NCBI GenBank assembly: GCA_965237955.1
Contig: OZ250169.1
Coordinates: forward strand, 1,440,001-1,504,000
Direction of reading: 5' to 3'
Length of the DNA: 64,000 nt
DNA from: Candidatus Marinacidobacterales bacterium
GTDB taxonomy: Bacteria; Acidobacteriota; Vicinamibacteria; Marinacidobacterales; SMYC01
Numbering within the stretch: position 1 is the first letter of the stretch; every line of letters starts with the position of its first letter. Shown here in pieces: positions 21,650 through 31,987 of the stretch. The notes under the pieces were generated by a model. It worked only from the letters and a program-made list of their open reading frames with translations. It had not been told where the DNA came from and searched no databases. Both the position numbers and the translations under genes were made by a program.

Positions 21650-22372
21650 ATGCGCCGGATCATCCTAAACGCCCCCATGGTGCTGCTGCTCTTGCAGAGC
21701 ACCGAGCCTGAAGAGACCTGTCTTCCTTGTGGCGGCGCCAATCACCGGGGGGTGGTGACGGTCCGTGACAAGCTTCAAGAAGCCTTCCGCCTGTCGATGA
21801 CCGTTCCCGATTGCGACGGAGCGGACAACCTCGAAACGTGCCGATCGATCGAGAGGCTCCTCGAAGAAACGTTCGACACTCTCGACGGCGTGGTTGCGGA
21901 AGGCGAGGCAGCGGGCTCGATCGACTGTGTGAGCTGCGACCCGAGGCCGCATTTGAGTCCGCTGATCTCGAGCTTCGAAACTGTCGCCGCCGTGCTCGTC
22001 GACCGAGGCTACACCGAGTTCGTGGGCAAGCAGATGCGCATGCAGCAGGAGATCGAGCTCTGGAAAGGCTACTCGTGCTGTGCGGCGAAGGCGAACCCTG
22101 CACGACCGCGCAAAAACCGCGAGATGGAAGCCCGCGCCGTGCTCACGGAAAAGTGTGGCGCCAACTTCGAGAAAAATCGCAGTGGTCTCAAGCAGGTCGT
22201 GAGGATGCCGGGTGATCGCCAGGGGTGTTTCCAATCACGCGCGTGCCGCGACGCGACCCAGCACAACGGCCAGTTCATGGAGGCCGGTTTTTGGACTTAC
22301 GACGGCGAGTACTGGTACATCTGGGAAGAGCGCAAAACGCCGCGCGGCAATTGGATCGACTGCAATCCCTAG
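21650..22372 (+). CDS. Hypothetical Cys-rich secreted protein
   Basis: Hydrophobic N-terminus; CLPC, CVSC, CC and other Cys; TACAAT box 7 nt before ATG 21650. Confidence 0.6.
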   Translation: MRRIILNAPMVLLLLQSTEPEETCLPCGGANHRGVVTVRDKLQEAFRLSMTVPDCDGADNLETCRSIERLLEETFDTLDGVVAEGEAAGSIDCVSCDPRPHLSPLISSFETVAAVLVDRGYTEFVGKQMRMQQEIELWKGYSCCAAKANPARPRKNREMEARAVLTEKCGANFEKNRSGLKQVVRMPGDRQGCFQSRACRDATQHNGQFMEAGFWTYDGEYWYIWEERKTPRGNWIDCNP

Positions 22373-22702
22373 CTACTTCGCGGGAAGCGTCTTGGTGAAG
22401 GCGACCGCGCGCTTGACCCAGCCTCGCAGATCTTCGTCGGTCTTGTAACCGGCGGGCCGCAGGTACACCATGCTCGCGAGCGGCGTCCCAGTGAAATCCA
22501 TCTCGCGTGTATGCCGCTCCTCGAGCGCCTTCCCGGCGCCCTCTTTGCCGAGTCGCAAAACGACGTTCTTGTCGATGACACCGCAGCACATGTTGCCATT
22601 CATCAAGAACGCGAGACCGCCGAACATTTTTCGTTCGGTGATCCCCTTCCGGCGCGCGAGCGTTTCCCGCAAACGGGCGGCCACATCTTCGTTGTAGGCC
22701 AT
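22373..22702 (-). CDS. TfoX/Sxy N-terminal domain protein
   Basis: ERKMFGGLAFLMNGNMCCGV...MDFTG...WV. Confidence 0.88.
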   Translation of the reverse strand: MAYNEDVAARLRETLARRKGITERKMFGGLAFLMNGNMCCGVIDKNVVLRLGKEGAGKALEERHTREMDFTGTPLASMVYLRPAGYKTDEDLRGWVKRAVAFTKTLPAK

Positions 22703-22705
22703 CGA

Positions 22706-23119
22706 TCAAGCCTCCTGTAGTTTCGCTCGGTACACCAACCCGATCGCGAGTCCTACGATCGCGAACTGCACGACAAAGTAGGCCGTCTCGATGCCAAGCC
22801 ATATCGCAAGCGAGCTGACCTCGTGCTTCGCTGCCGCGGCGATGACTTGGCTACTCCAAAGGAACAGGCCCATGAGAAGGCCGAACTTCACTCCTGCCTG
22901 GACTGCACTCGGGCCGCGATAGATGAGCGGGAAAGCATACGAAAGAAAAAGTCCTTGAATGAGGATGGCGACGAAGCCGAGTGCCAGGATCGGCTGTTCG
23001 CGGTACATTCCGAGCTTGTCATAGATGCCTTTGAACACCACCATGTGCCAAACGAACGCGAGCGGAAACGTAACCAGGAGATAGGAAAGTGCACCTCGTA
23101 CATACGTTTTCATGTTCAT
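22706..23119 (-). CDS. Four-TM hypothetical membrane protein
   Basis: Four hydrophobic segments; third gene of the ArsR-SRPBCC operon. Confidence 0.7.
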   Translation of the reverse strand: MNMKTYVRGALSYLLVTFPLAFVWHMVVFKGIYDKLGMYREQPILALGFVAILIQGLFLSYAFPLIYRGPSAVQAGVKFGLLMGLFLWSSQVIAAAAKHEVSSLAIWLGIETAYFVVQFAIVGLAIGLVYRAKLQEA

Positions 23120-23121
23120 GC

Positions 23122-23571
23122 TCAATGCTCCTCGGTCAGCAATGTCTCGAGGCGGTCAAACGTCGTCGCCCACCCCGCTTCGTGCCGATCTCTCGATTCG
23201 TTGGTTGGGAACCGGTCGTGCGATACCACGACCTCCGTTTCCGCACCGTCCTCGCGCAAAACGATGGTGACCAACGTCTCGATCCCGGCGTGTGGATCGG
23301 GCGCCTCCCACGTCCAAGTGAACGCGAGCCGCTCGGGCGGCTCCAGTTCCCGGAACGCACCACGCACGGTGTCGCGCTTGCCGTCAGCGAAAATGAATTC
23401 CAGTCGATACGATCCCCCGACGCGCAAGTCGTGCTCGAGAACTTCGGTCCCGATGTCCACGCTCGGCGAGAACCAGCGTACGAGCTGCTCGGGATCGGTA
23501 AACGCCCGAAACACTTCTTCTCGCGACGCGCGGAAACGTCGCCGGATGAAAACGCCGAGCTGACTAGCCAC
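23122..23571 (-). CDS. SRPBCC/AHSA1 domain protein
   Basis: VFRAFTDPEQLVRWF, DLRVGGSYRL, PPERLAFTW and HEAGW motifs. Confidence 0.9.
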   Translation of the reverse strand: MASQLGVFIRRRFRASREEVFRAFTDPEQLVRWFSPSVDIGTEVLEHDLRVGGSYRLEFIFADGKRDTVRGAFRELEPPERLAFTWTWEAPDPHAGIETLVTIVLREDGAETEVVVSHDRFPTNESRDRHEAGWATTFDRLETLLTEEH

Positions 23572-23878
23572 GATCACCCAACAGGTCGCCCAACCGCTCG
23601 AGCGTCCCCTCCCAGAAGTCCCGGTGGCGCGCAATCCACGCTTCGGCTTCCCGCATTCTCCTCTCGACCAAGCGAAACCGGTGGGTTCGCCCATCGATAC
23701 GGCGCTCGAGAAGCCCGGCTTGCTCAAGAACTCGCAGATGCTTCGACGCGGTGGGTTGAGAGACCTCGAACGGCGACCCGAGCTCGGAGGCCGTCAGCTC
23801 ACCGCGCCGGGAGAGCATCGACAACATGCCTCGGCGGGTGCCGTCACTCAAAGCGTGGAACGTGCGATCCAAATACAT
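23564..23878 (-). CDS. ArsR/SmtB-family transcriptional regulator
   Basis: FHALSDGTRR, SQPTASKHLRVLEQAGL and GRTH motifs. Confidence 0.9.
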   Translation of the reverse strand: MYLDRTFHALSDGTRRGMLSMLSRRGELTASELGSPFEVSQPTASKHLRVLEQAGLLERRIDGRTHRFRLVERRMREAEAWIARHRDFWEGTLERLGDLLGDRG

Positions 23879-23892
23879 AGCCAACTGGCTAT
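23877..23892. promoter_or_regulatory. Palindromic operator at the ArsR start codon
   Basis: ATAGCCA-AC-TGGCTAT overlaps the ATG, as expected for an autoregulated leaderless ArsR gene. Confidence 0.7.
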
Positions 23893-23938
23893 ATATTAGA
23901 CCAAACTCGAAGAAGAAGCAAGGTTTTTTCAGCATCTG

Positions 23939-24023
23939 GCTATCCGCCGTCCGCTATCCGCTACTACGCGGCTTCACACGGTTTCGAGTGCCACCGGACA
24001 GCGGGAAGCGGATAGCGGGTAGC
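23939..24023. repeat. Inverted pair of heptamer tandem arrays (GCTATCC / GGATAGC)
   Basis: gctatccgccgtccgctatccgctac ... ggacagcgggaagcggatagcgggtagc. Confidence 0.7.
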
Positions 24024-24038
24024 GACATCGGCACTACG

Positions 24039-24560
24039 TTAAGGAGTCAACCAAGCCGTCAGCGGTTTGAACCGTCCGTTGTCGAGCTCACAGATGAAGC
24101 CCGCCTTCTGCGCGTGATGGTCGGTCTCCGAGATGCTGACCGGGGGCAGGATCCCGCCGCTATCCCAATTGCGGATCGACTCCATGGCGTCGAGAAATTT
24201 GTCGCGGGTGAGGTCTTCGCCGCGCTCGAGTCCTTCCACGACGAGCTTGGCGAACACGTACCCGTACAGTGAGTAGCGGTTGAGCTCGTGGCCGGGAAAA
24301 TACGTTGCCATGAGCTTGCGATATTCCACGATCCCGGGCGCGTCGTTCTCGTTCGGATCCGGGTAGTGACAAAAGCCCAGGGTTCCCTCCGCATGCCCAC
24401 CTTCGACGTTCAAGTACTGCTCGTCGGTAAGGGGGCCAGACGAGACCAGGCGCACGTCGGTCCAACCGAGGCTCGCTTTTGCTTCCATACCTTTCTCGCC
24501 CCCGCCGGAAGAGGGCCATGATCACGACGTCCGGTTCCTGTTCGCGAAGCGCTCGCATTC
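24039..24560 (-). pseudogene. Branched-chain-amino-acid-type ABC substrate-binding protein, C-terminal remnant
   Basis: PDVVIM, YSLYGYVFAKLVVEGLE, DLTRDKFLDAME and DHHA motifs; N-terminal half absent; frameshift near 24505. Confidence 0.7.
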
Positions 24561-24673
24561 GGTGACGCCCTGAGCGACCAGGAGCAAGAACAAAAGAGTC
24601 TGCATGACGCCGCAGCATAGCCAACTGGAGGCCGAATTTGCTACCGTGGTTTTGAAGCTTGACGGAGGTAGAC

Positions 24674-25036
24674 ATGCCCGCATATACGCCAGGACCGTGG
24701 CGCACCGGTTTCGAAGACGGCACGGGGTGGATGGACGACGAGGACGGCGGGTGGATCATCGGGTTCGAAGAAGAAGTCGTCGTCGCCGGGGGGAGCCATG
24801 AAGGCCTCAAATACGGTGTCCCCGACGAGCACAACGGGCTTCTGATTGCGGCCGCTCCCGAGTTGCTCGAAGCAGCCAAACGCGCCTATGCGTTCTTCAA
24901 GGTTCTGGCAGAGAAAAAAGCAGCGGAAACGGGCGAGACGGACGTCGAGAAATGCATGGAGCCCGAAGCGCTCTTGCTGCGCGAGGTCTTGGAACGCGCC
25001 GAGCGACCACAGCTGCCCGACAACGGCGTCCCTTGA
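24674..25036 (+). CDS. Phage-type small hypothetical protein (TPGPW...LIAAAPELLEA family)
   Basis: GGAGG RBS; YTPGPW and NGLLIAAAPELLEAAK motifs common in phage early proteins. Confidence 0.7.
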   Translation: MPAYTPGPWRTGFEDGTGWMDDEDGGWIIGFEEEVVVAGGSHEGLKYGVPDEHNGLLIAAAPELLEAAKRAYAFFKVLAEKKAAETGETDVEKCMEPEALLLREVLERAERPQLPDNGVP

Positions 25037-25207
25037 CGGACATGAGATTTTCTTAGGATGAAAGCGACCAGCTCGTCCCTTTGGAACGACTATCGTGAGG
25101 GGAGCCGTTTCTTCATCAAAGAGGAGACGTCTACGAATGACGACAACGAACTTGGAATAACTCGCCTCCGTCAATTACCCAAGCTTGTTTTTCCGGGAAA
25201 GAAAAAC

Positions 25208-25371
25208 TCACCGCAAAGGCGCGGAGGACGCAGAGATTCGCAGAGGGGAAAAACAAGGGTGGAAGTCGCTGTGCGAAAGAACACCTGGTACCGATTTGCT
25301 TTTTTTCGACCTTGGGTCCTAGCGTTGTTTTCCTCTGCGTTTCCTTTGCGTCCTCTGCGCCTCTGAGGTGA
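25208..25371. repeat. REP-like inverted repeat built from CGCAGAG/CGCAAAG units
   Basis: tcaccgcaaaggcgcggaggacgcagagattcgcagagg ... cctctgcgtttcctttgcgtcctctgcgcctctgaggtga. Confidence 0.75.
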
Positions 25372-25386
25372 TCTTTTCTTTTCCAG

Positions 25387-25422
25387 AAAAAAAGCCTCGC
25401 CGCGCGGAGGCGACGAGGCTTT
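25387..25422 (-). terminator. Intrinsic terminator of the csp gene
   Basis: aaagcctcg...cgaggcttt stem followed by a T run on the minus strand. Confidence 0.75.
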
Positions 25423-25438
25423 CGTGAAAGAGATTCGA

Positions 25439-25639
25439 CTACAGGGGCTTCACATTCGCAGCCTGGGGTCCCTTGGGGCCCTGGGTGATCTCGAACTCAA
25501 CTCGCTCGCCTTCTTGGAGCGATTTGAAGCCTGTGCCGACAATAGCCGAGTGGTGAACGAACACGTCGGGGCCGTCTTCACGCTGGATGAAGCCGAAACC
25601 CTTGCTGTCGTTGAACCACTTCACAGTACCTTCCGCCAT
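25439..25639 (-). CDS. csp: Cold-shock protein (CspA family)
   Basis: [24 protein letters not shown] and [10 protein letters not shown] motifs; AGGAGG RBS. Confidence 0.96.
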   Translation of the reverse strand: MAEGTVKWFNDSKGFGFIQREDGPDVFVHHSAIVGTGFKSLQEGERVEFEITQGPKGPQAANVKPL

Positions 25640-25849
25640 GCTAGGTCTACCTCCTTTCTTCAAAATTTAACCCGGCCGAAGCCGGGGTATTGTGTAGACC
25701 TCGCACTGGCAACAACAAAAAAGACCGCAAGGCGATGTTTTCTCCCTGCGGTCCACTGCTGGTACAGGTAGAGAAAAACTACACTCTACAAAGAAAACAC
25801 TACCGCGTGTTTGGACTGGTGTCAAAGGTCAACCTGGACTCGGTGAGCA

Positions 25850-25880
25850 GCCATCGGCCATCAGCCGTCAGCCATCAGCC
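25850..25880. repeat. Heptamer tandem array
   Basis: gccatcggccatcagccgtcagccatcagcc. Confidence 0.75.
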
Positions 25881-25929
25881 GGCGCCCGCTTGCGCGCCGG
25901 AGCCGCGGGTCGGCATGATCCCTATGTGC

Positions 25930-26406
25930 GACCCCAGTCACTTCCGGTTATCGACATCACCGCCGCCAGTGCGCCGGGGGCAATCCGGGAGGCTTGTCAG
26001 GACGGTGGCTTCTTTTTACGTCGTGGGGCATGGGGTCGATGAGGCGCTCTCGACGGGGTTAGAAGAACTGAGCCGCGAGTTCTTTGAGAAACCGAGCTCC
26101 GAGAAGCTCGCCATCGGCATGGAGCTCGGCGGCCGGGCGTGGGGTGGCTATTTCCCCGTGGGCGACGAGCTGACGTCCGGGAGTCCCGATCAGAAGGAGG
26201 GCATCTACTTCGGCGCCGAGCTTCCGGCGAGTCATCCGAAAGTCGTCGCCGGCACGCCGCTCCACGGTGCCAATCTCTTTCCTGATGGCATGCCCGGCTT
26301 CCGTGAGACCGTGCTCGACTATATCGATGTCCTGACGGGACTCGGCCACAGGATCATCGAGGCCGTCGCGCTGAGCCTCGGCCTCGACGCGGCCTACTTA
26401 TCATGA
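25930..26406 (+). pseudogene. Isopenicillin-N-synthase-like 2OG-Fe(II) oxygenase, N-terminal fragment
   Basis: LPVIDI...REAC in one frame and FYVVGHGV...GELT...DQKEG...LHGANLFP in another; ends before the catalytic HxD domain. Confidence 0.75.
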
Positions 26407-26451
26407 GTTTTTCCCGGGCTTCGACGCGACGTGCTTTGATGGAGCTACGCC

Positions 26452-27339
26452 TTGCCTGATATCGAGACCGAGCTCGTCGCGCCGGAAGGTTACAACCTGC
26501 GGCGAACGATGTCGGGGTCGCGCCTCGGCGCCTACGATCCCGCAACCCGCATCGAAGAGGGCGCCATCGCACTCGCGCTGCGAACACCGGAAGGCACCGC
26601 GAGCGTGGCGGTGGCTCAGCGAGACGGAACCCTCGAAGTCCAAGGTTGGGGCGACGGCGCGCGGTGGCTCCTCCCCCACCTTCACGGACTCCTTGGCTTG
26701 GAAGACGACCCGAGCTCGTTCACACCGGAAGACGGCGTGGTGAGGAAGCTAAAGCGTCAGTTCATGGGAACGCATCTCCCGAAGTTTCCTCGCGTTTTTG
26801 ATCGTGTCGTGCGCGTGACGCTTCTCCAAGTCGTAACCTGGCAGGAGGCGTGCCGCTCATGGGGACGTTTGGTGCGCGAGCTCGGCGAAGACGCTCCAGG
26901 ACCTCTCGACGTCCGCCTGCCACCGTCGGTCGAAACGCTGAGGTCGACGCCGGACTACGCTCTCATCGCCCTCGGCATCCGGCCGAAGCAAGCGCGCACG
27001 GTCCTGCGCATCGCCAAATACGCGTCGCGCATCGAAGCCGCCGCCGAGTCAGGCGCTCCCGCCCTCGCCACTTTACTCGGAGCCCTTCCCGGCATCGGGC
27101 CGTGGACGATCGCGTACGTTCAGGGAAACGCACTTGGTTGTCCCGACGTCGTTCTCCTCGGCGACTACAATCTTCCCCACACCGTAGCCTACGTTCTCGC
27201 GGGAGAACCGCGTGCCTCGGAGGAGCGGATGCTCGAGCTCTTGGAGCCCTATCGTGGGCACCGCTTCCGAGTGATCCGTCTTTTGTGGATGAACGGTGTT
27301 TCAGCGCCGCGTCGAGGACCACGACACCAAGTCGGGTGA
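26452..27339 (+). CDS. AlkA-like HhH-GPD DNA glycosylase
   Basis: LPGIGPWT helix-hairpin-helix, GDYNLP and LEPYRGHR motifs. Confidence 0.85.
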   Translation: MPDIETELVAPEGYNLRRTMSGSRLGAYDPATRIEEGAIALALRTPEGTASVAVAQRDGTLEVQGWGDGARWLLPHLHGLLGLEDDPSSFTPEDGVVRKLKRQFMGTHLPKFPRVFDRVVRVTLLQVVTWQEACRSWGRLVRELGEDAPGPLDVRLPPSVETLRSTPDYALIALGIRPKQARTVLRIAKYASRIEAAAESGAPALATLLGALPGIGPWTIAYVQGNALGCPDVVLLGDYNLPHTVAYVLAGEPRASEERMLELLEPYRGHRFRVIRLLWMNGVSAPRRGPRHQVG

Positions 27340-27346
27340 TATCGAG

Positions 27347-28825
27347 ATGCCGTACCGTGCCGCTGTCTCCTTCGTGCGATGGGTGCTCCGTGTCTTTTTT
27401 CGCAAGATGGAAGTCACGGGTCTCGAGAACGTTCCCGAAGAAGGCGGCGGGCTCGTCGTCTCGTGGCATCCCAACGCGCTCGTCGACGCCGCGCTCATTC
27501 TGATCTTTTTCCCGCGGAAGATCGTCTTCGGGGCGCGACACGGCCTCTTCAGCTGGCCGCTTCTCGGCCGTCTCATGCGCGCGCTCGGAACCGTACCGGT
27601 CTATCGACGGCAAGACTTTCCCGGCGGCGACCCCGGCGGCGATGATGACGCGCGGCGCACGGCAAACCAAAAAAGCCTCGACTCACTCGCGGACGCTGTT
27701 GCGGGCGGCGCGTTCTGCGCGCTCTTTCCCGAAGGCGACAGCCACGACGAGCCGGCGCCGACGGAGCTCAAGACCGGAGCAGCACGGCTCTACTACCGGG
27801 CCGAGGAGCTCACAGCCACCGACGCGCCACCGACGGTGATCATTCCCGTCGGGCTTCACTACGACAAGAAGCGCGTTTTGGGCTCGAGCGCGCTCGTCGC
27901 AATCCATCCTCCGCTCGAGTTGAGCACGGGAGTCTCCGAGCCGCCACCGCCGGACGCGTCCTTTGACGACAAGCGGGTGCGCTACCGCGAGCTCACCGAC
28001 GAGATCGAGGCGACGCTTCACGAAGTCGTGCATGCGACCGAAAGCTGGGAGCACCATCACGCGCTCCATCGGGTCCGCAAGATCATGCGCGCCGAGCGCG
28101 CCCATCGTGTCGGTGCGACCTTGAAGCGTCCCGACATGAAAGAACGCGTGCTCGCGTTCTCGCGCCTCGTTGCCGGTTACAACGAAAGGGCGCGCACGCA
28201 TCCGCAAGAGGTCGAGCATCTGTTTGCGCGTGTTCGCGAATACGATGAAGACCTCAGAGAGCTCGGTATGAATGACCACGAGCTCGACGCGCCGCCCCGG
28301 CTCGCATCGCCATGGCTCGCGGCGATTCTCCTGGGCCAAGCCGTGCTCGTGTATTTGCTCCTGCCTCCCATTCTGATCCTCGGCTACGTCACCAATCTGC
28401 CGGCAGCCCTCGTCGTATGGGCGGTCGCAAAGTCAGCTGCACGAAAGCACAAGGATGAAGCGTCACTCAAGCTCGTCGCCGGCGTCATCGCTTTCCCTCT
28501 GACGTGGCTCGTGGTCGCGTTTCTCGTAGCTTTGGGGAATCGAGCTCTACAGATAATCTACCCGGATATTCCAGGAGCCCCGTTGGTGACCGGTCTCATC
28601 GCATTTTGCTTGAGCGCCACCGGCGCTTTTGTCGCGCTCAACTATCAACGCTACGCGCGCCAAACGCTCCGATCGCTCAACGTGCGCCTGACACGCGTTC
28701 GCCGGAAGCGGACGCTGGCGCATCTGCGCCAAGAACGCGCCGAGCTCTACGACGCTTTCGTCGAGCTCGGTCGCGGACTCGACTTGCCCGGCACTCTCGC
28801 CCCCGATGGGCGGGTAACCAACTGA
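27347..28825 (+). CDS. PlsC-domain glycerophospholipid acyltransferase with C-terminal TM helices
   Basis: HPNALVD, FPEGDSH, LKTGAAR and IPVGLHY motifs. Confidence 0.88.
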   Translation: MPYRAAVSFVRWVLRVFFRKMEVTGLENVPEEGGGLVVSWHPNALVDAALILIFFPRKIVFGARHGLFSWPLLGRLMRALGTVPVYRRQDFPGGDPGGDDDARRTANQKSLDSLADAVAGGAFCALFPEGDSHDEPAPTELKTGAARLYYRAEELTATDAPPTVIIPVGLHYDKKRVLGSSALVAIHPPLELSTGVSEPPPPDASFDDKRVRYRELTDEIEATLHEVVHATESWEHHHALHRVRKIMRAERAHRVGATLKRPDMKERVLAFSRLVAGYNERARTHPQEVEHLFARVREYDEDLRELGMNDHELDAPPRLASPWLAAILLGQAVLVYLLLPPILILGYVTNLPAALVVWAVAKSAARKHKDEASLKLVAGVIAFPLTWLVVAFLVALGNRALQIIYPDIPGAPLVTGLIAFCLSATGAFVALNYQRYARQTLRSLNVRLTRVRRKRTLAHLRQERAELYDAFVELGRGLDLPGTLAPDGRVTN

Positions 28826-28954
28826 GGGGAAGTTGCCTCTTCTGTAGGTTTTTCCCCATGGCTTCCGAAGGCTCGACCGCCATAAACCCATGACAGAAAG
28901 CAGTTTTGCTTCGCGCCAATCTTGGCGCTCGGTTTGCAATGACAACACTCTGCC

Positions 28955-30457
28955 ATGGGACTCAAAGTCAGACCCCCTCAGGGAAGGCTCGAGACGGCCG
29001 TACTGCCACGCATCGTGCGCGACCTCTGGAGAGCCGAAGCCACGGGCATCTTGCACCTGTGGAACAAAGACGCGAGCAAACGCATCGTGTTCAACCATGG
29101 CGACATCGTCTTTGCCGGGACGAATCAAGAGCACGAGCGGCTCGGCGAGCGGCTGATACGGGCCGGTAAGATCAAACGTTCGGTGCTCGATCTGTCGTTC
29201 CGGGTCATGGAGCGCTCGAACGAGCGTTTCGGGAAGACCGTGGTCGATCTCGGCTGGGTCAGCCCAATGGAGATGCAGCGCGCGGTCGCAGCGCAGATCA
29301 AGGACATCATCTATTCCGTTTTCACTTGGTACGAGGGCGACTAACGCTTCGAAGTATCCAACGATCCCGTGTCCGATGACCTCGCGCTCGAGCTTCACAC
29401 CGCCGAGGTCATCTACGAGGGTGCGTGTCGGATCAGCGACTTGGCCGCGATCCGCGCCGGTGTGGGGTCGTGGAAGAACACCTTGGTGCTCACCGACGGC
29501 AAGCGGCTCGGCATTCCAGTAACTCAGGACGATGGCTACATCCTGTCGCGTGTCGACGGCATGGCCAGCATCGGCGACATCGTTGCCACCTCGCCTCTCG
29601 GAGAAGAGGAAACCCTGCGCCGAATGTACGCGCTGTTGCTCGCCGGCGTGGTCGAGATTGGAGACCCGGAAAAGCGTCCGCACGAGGTTACCGTGGTTGA
29701 GGAGGACACGGTCACCGAAGACGAACGACATTTTCGTGACGCCGTGCTCGCCCGCCACGCCGCGCTCGAATTCGGAAACTACTACGACAGGCTCGGCGTC
29801 GACCTCGACGCATCCGGGAAGAGGGTGCGTGCCGCCTACGAAGAGGTCATGGCGTCGCTCGAGCCACAGGCCGCGTATCGGGATCGCATCGGCGATATCG
29901 AAAAAAAGCGGGCCAATGTTCGGCGGAAGGTTCGGGAGGCCTACGAAGTCCTCAGCGTCGCCGAAACTCGGTGGCAGTACGAACGGAGCTTCGCGAATAC
30001 GTCGCCCGAGTCGACGCTCGCGGCCCACACCGTGGCGCGCCATCCCTGCGACTCCCGCACGGACTGGGCGCAAACGCTCGTGCCCGGTTCGTCGCCCAAG
30101 AAAGAGCAAGCCGAGCTTCTCTTCCTGGAGGCGAAGCGCTTGTACAACGACGGCGACTACTTCGACGCCATCGCATCTCTCAACGAGGTACTGAATCTGG
30201 AGCCCAGCAGTGGTCAGTACAATCGACTCCTCGCCCAATGGCTCGCGCAGAACCCCGGTTGCCGGGAAGCGTCGCAGGAGCACTTCGAACGCGCCATCGA
30301 GCTCGACGCCCAAGACCTGGAAGCGTATCTCGGCCTCGCAGCGCTTCACGAAGAAGCGAGCCAGAAAGATAAGGCTTCCCCGCTCTACGAGCACATCCTC
30401 ACCCTCGACCCAGACAACAGAGTCGCACTCGAAAAACTCGAGCACCGCGCGAGCTAA
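28955..30457 (+). pseudogene. DUF4388 + J-domain-like + TPR protein with an in-frame TAA at 29342-29344
   Basis: TGILHL...ERLGERLIRAG, NYYDRLGV...EAYEVLS and C-terminal TPRs. The two ORFs share a frame: GD*RFE. Confidence 0.75.
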
Positions 30458-30468
30458 GCTCTCTAACT

Positions 30469-30499
30469 GGCCGATGGCTGACGGCCGATGGCCGATGGC
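30469..30499. repeat. Heptamer tandem array
   Basis: ggccgatggctgacggccgatggccgatggc. Confidence 0.75.
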
Positions 30500-30529
30500 G
30501 AATCGATGCTCGATGATAGAATTCCTCTC

Positions 30530-31774
30530 TTGGATACTGCGGCATCGGGAGGCTACCTTGCACTCGTTCGAGGCAACAGAAACTTCCGTAATCTCTGGTG
30601 CGGACAGATCGTCAGCCTCTTCGGCGACTGGTTCAACCTAATCGCGTCTGCTTCCCTCGTCGCATCCCTCACCGGTTCGAGCATCGCCGTTGGTGGTCTC
30701 TTCGTCGTCCGGATGCTCGCGCCGTTTCTCGTCAGCCCGTTCGCCGGTGTCGCCGCCGATCGCTACAACCGCAAGCACCTTCTCATCCTCACCGACGTCG
30801 TTCGAGCGGTCGTCGTCCTCGGATTTCTTCTCGTCGATTCTCCCGAGCTGCTCTGGCTCGTGTACGCGTTGACGTTCGTGCAGCTCGCGATGCATGGCGT
30901 GTTCTACCCGACGCGAAATTCGATCCTGCCGGACGTCGTTTCTCCCCCGGAGCTCGGCGCCGCCAACGCGATTACCGGCACCACGTGGTCGGTGATGCTC
31001 GCCATGGGCGCGGCAGCGGGCGGTCTCGTTGCTGGCGGCTGGGGCATCTACCCGGCGTTCGTCATCGACTCGGCGACTTTCCTCGTGTCGATCGTCTTCA
31101 TCGCCAGGATCCAGTACCGCCCGCGGCGGCAAGTTGCGCGCGACACGAGCCTGCGAGCTGCTTTGAGCGACTACTTGGACGGACTTCGTTATCTCGGGCG
31201 CCACCGCGACATCCTCGTGATCGTGCTCCAAAAAGCTGCGCTGACGTTGTTCGTCGTCGGCGCCTTCGAAGTGCTCCAGGTCGCGATCGCCCGAGACGTG
31301 TTCGTGATCGGCGATGGGGGCGGGATAAGCCTTGGGATGATGTACGCGGTGATCGGCGTCGGCTCCGGACTCGGCCCGATCCTTGCGCGCTCTATCACCG
31401 GCGATCGCGAACGCCCCCTGCGGATTGCGATCTTCGTCTCCTACATCGTAATGGCCATCGGACTCACCATCGTTGCAACCCTCGACAGTTTCGGGGCCGT
31501 GCTCATCGGCACGACCATCCGGTCCATTGGCGGGGGCACGCTCTGGGTTTTCTCGACGCAGCTTCTCCTCCAACTCGTGCCCGAGCACATCCGCGGACGC
31601 GTGTTTTCGACGGAGTACGCGCTTCTAACCCTCTCGATGGCAACGAGCGCCGGCCTCGCCGGTTGGTCGCTGGACCAAACCGCGCTCGATATCTCGGGAC
31701 TCCTGACGTGGATGAGCTGGGCGATCTTGGTGCCAGGAGCGCTGTGGGCTCTTTGGATGCTTTTGCGGCGTTAG
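30530..31774 (+). CDS. MFS transporter (DHA3/MFS_3-like)
   Basis: SLFGDWF, GVAADRYNRK, VIDSATF and RGRVFS motifs; TAGAAT box 7 nt before TTG 30530. Confidence 0.9.
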   Translation: MDTAASGGYLALVRGNRNFRNLWCGQIVSLFGDWFNLIASASLVASLTGSSIAVGGLFVVRMLAPFLVSPFAGVAADRYNRKHLLILTDVVRAVVVLGFLLVDSPELLWLVYALTFVQLAMHGVFYPTRNSILPDVVSPPELGAANAITGTTWSVMLAMGAAAGGLVAGGWGIYPAFVIDSATFLVSIVFIARIQYRPRRQVARDTSLRAALSDYLDGLRYLGRHRDILVIVLQKAALTLFVVGAFEVLQVAIARDVFVIGDGGGISLGMMYAVIGVGSGLGPILARSITGDRERPLRIAIFVSYIVMAIGLTIVATLDSFGAVLIGTTIRSIGGGTLWVFSTQLLLQLVPEHIRGRVFSTEYALLTLSMATSAGLAGWSLDQTALDISGLLTWMSWAILVPGALWALWMLLRR

Positions 31775-31787
31775 GTCGGGATTCGGG

Positions 31788-31950
31788 TATACTCAATTCC
31801 GACCGCGAGCCGGGTAGCTGGCTGACGTACTCGGGCAACTACGCCGGATGGCGCTACTCCCCCCTCACCCAGATCACGCGCGACAACGCCGACCGGCTCC
31901 GGCTCCAGTGGGTACATCAAATGCGGCACCACCAGATCGAGACGACCGCC
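31788..31950 (+). pseudogene. PQQ-dependent dehydrogenase N-terminal remnant
   Basis: EPGSWLTYSGNYAGWRYSPLTQITRDNADRLRLQWV...ETT. Confidence 0.75.
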
Positions 31951-31963
31951 CACTTTTTTTGTT

Positions 31964-31987
31964 GGCTGATAGCTGATGGCCGATGGC
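31964..31987. repeat. Heptamer tandem array
   Basis: ggctgatagctgatggccgatggc. Confidence 0.65.

Noticed and set aside
24674-25036. Prophage call
   Set aside because: Only one phage-like gene; no integrase, structural or replication genes nearby.
25058-25366. 102-aa ORF
   Set aside because: Largely a translation of the REP-like repeat arms; no coding evidence.
28547-30445. 632-aa minus-strand ORF and similar long antisense ORFs (e.g. 2889-4445, 20069-21217, 32057-33190, 62333-63526)
   Set aside because: They are shadows of well-supported genes on the opposite strand in GC-rich DNA and have no motifs of their own.
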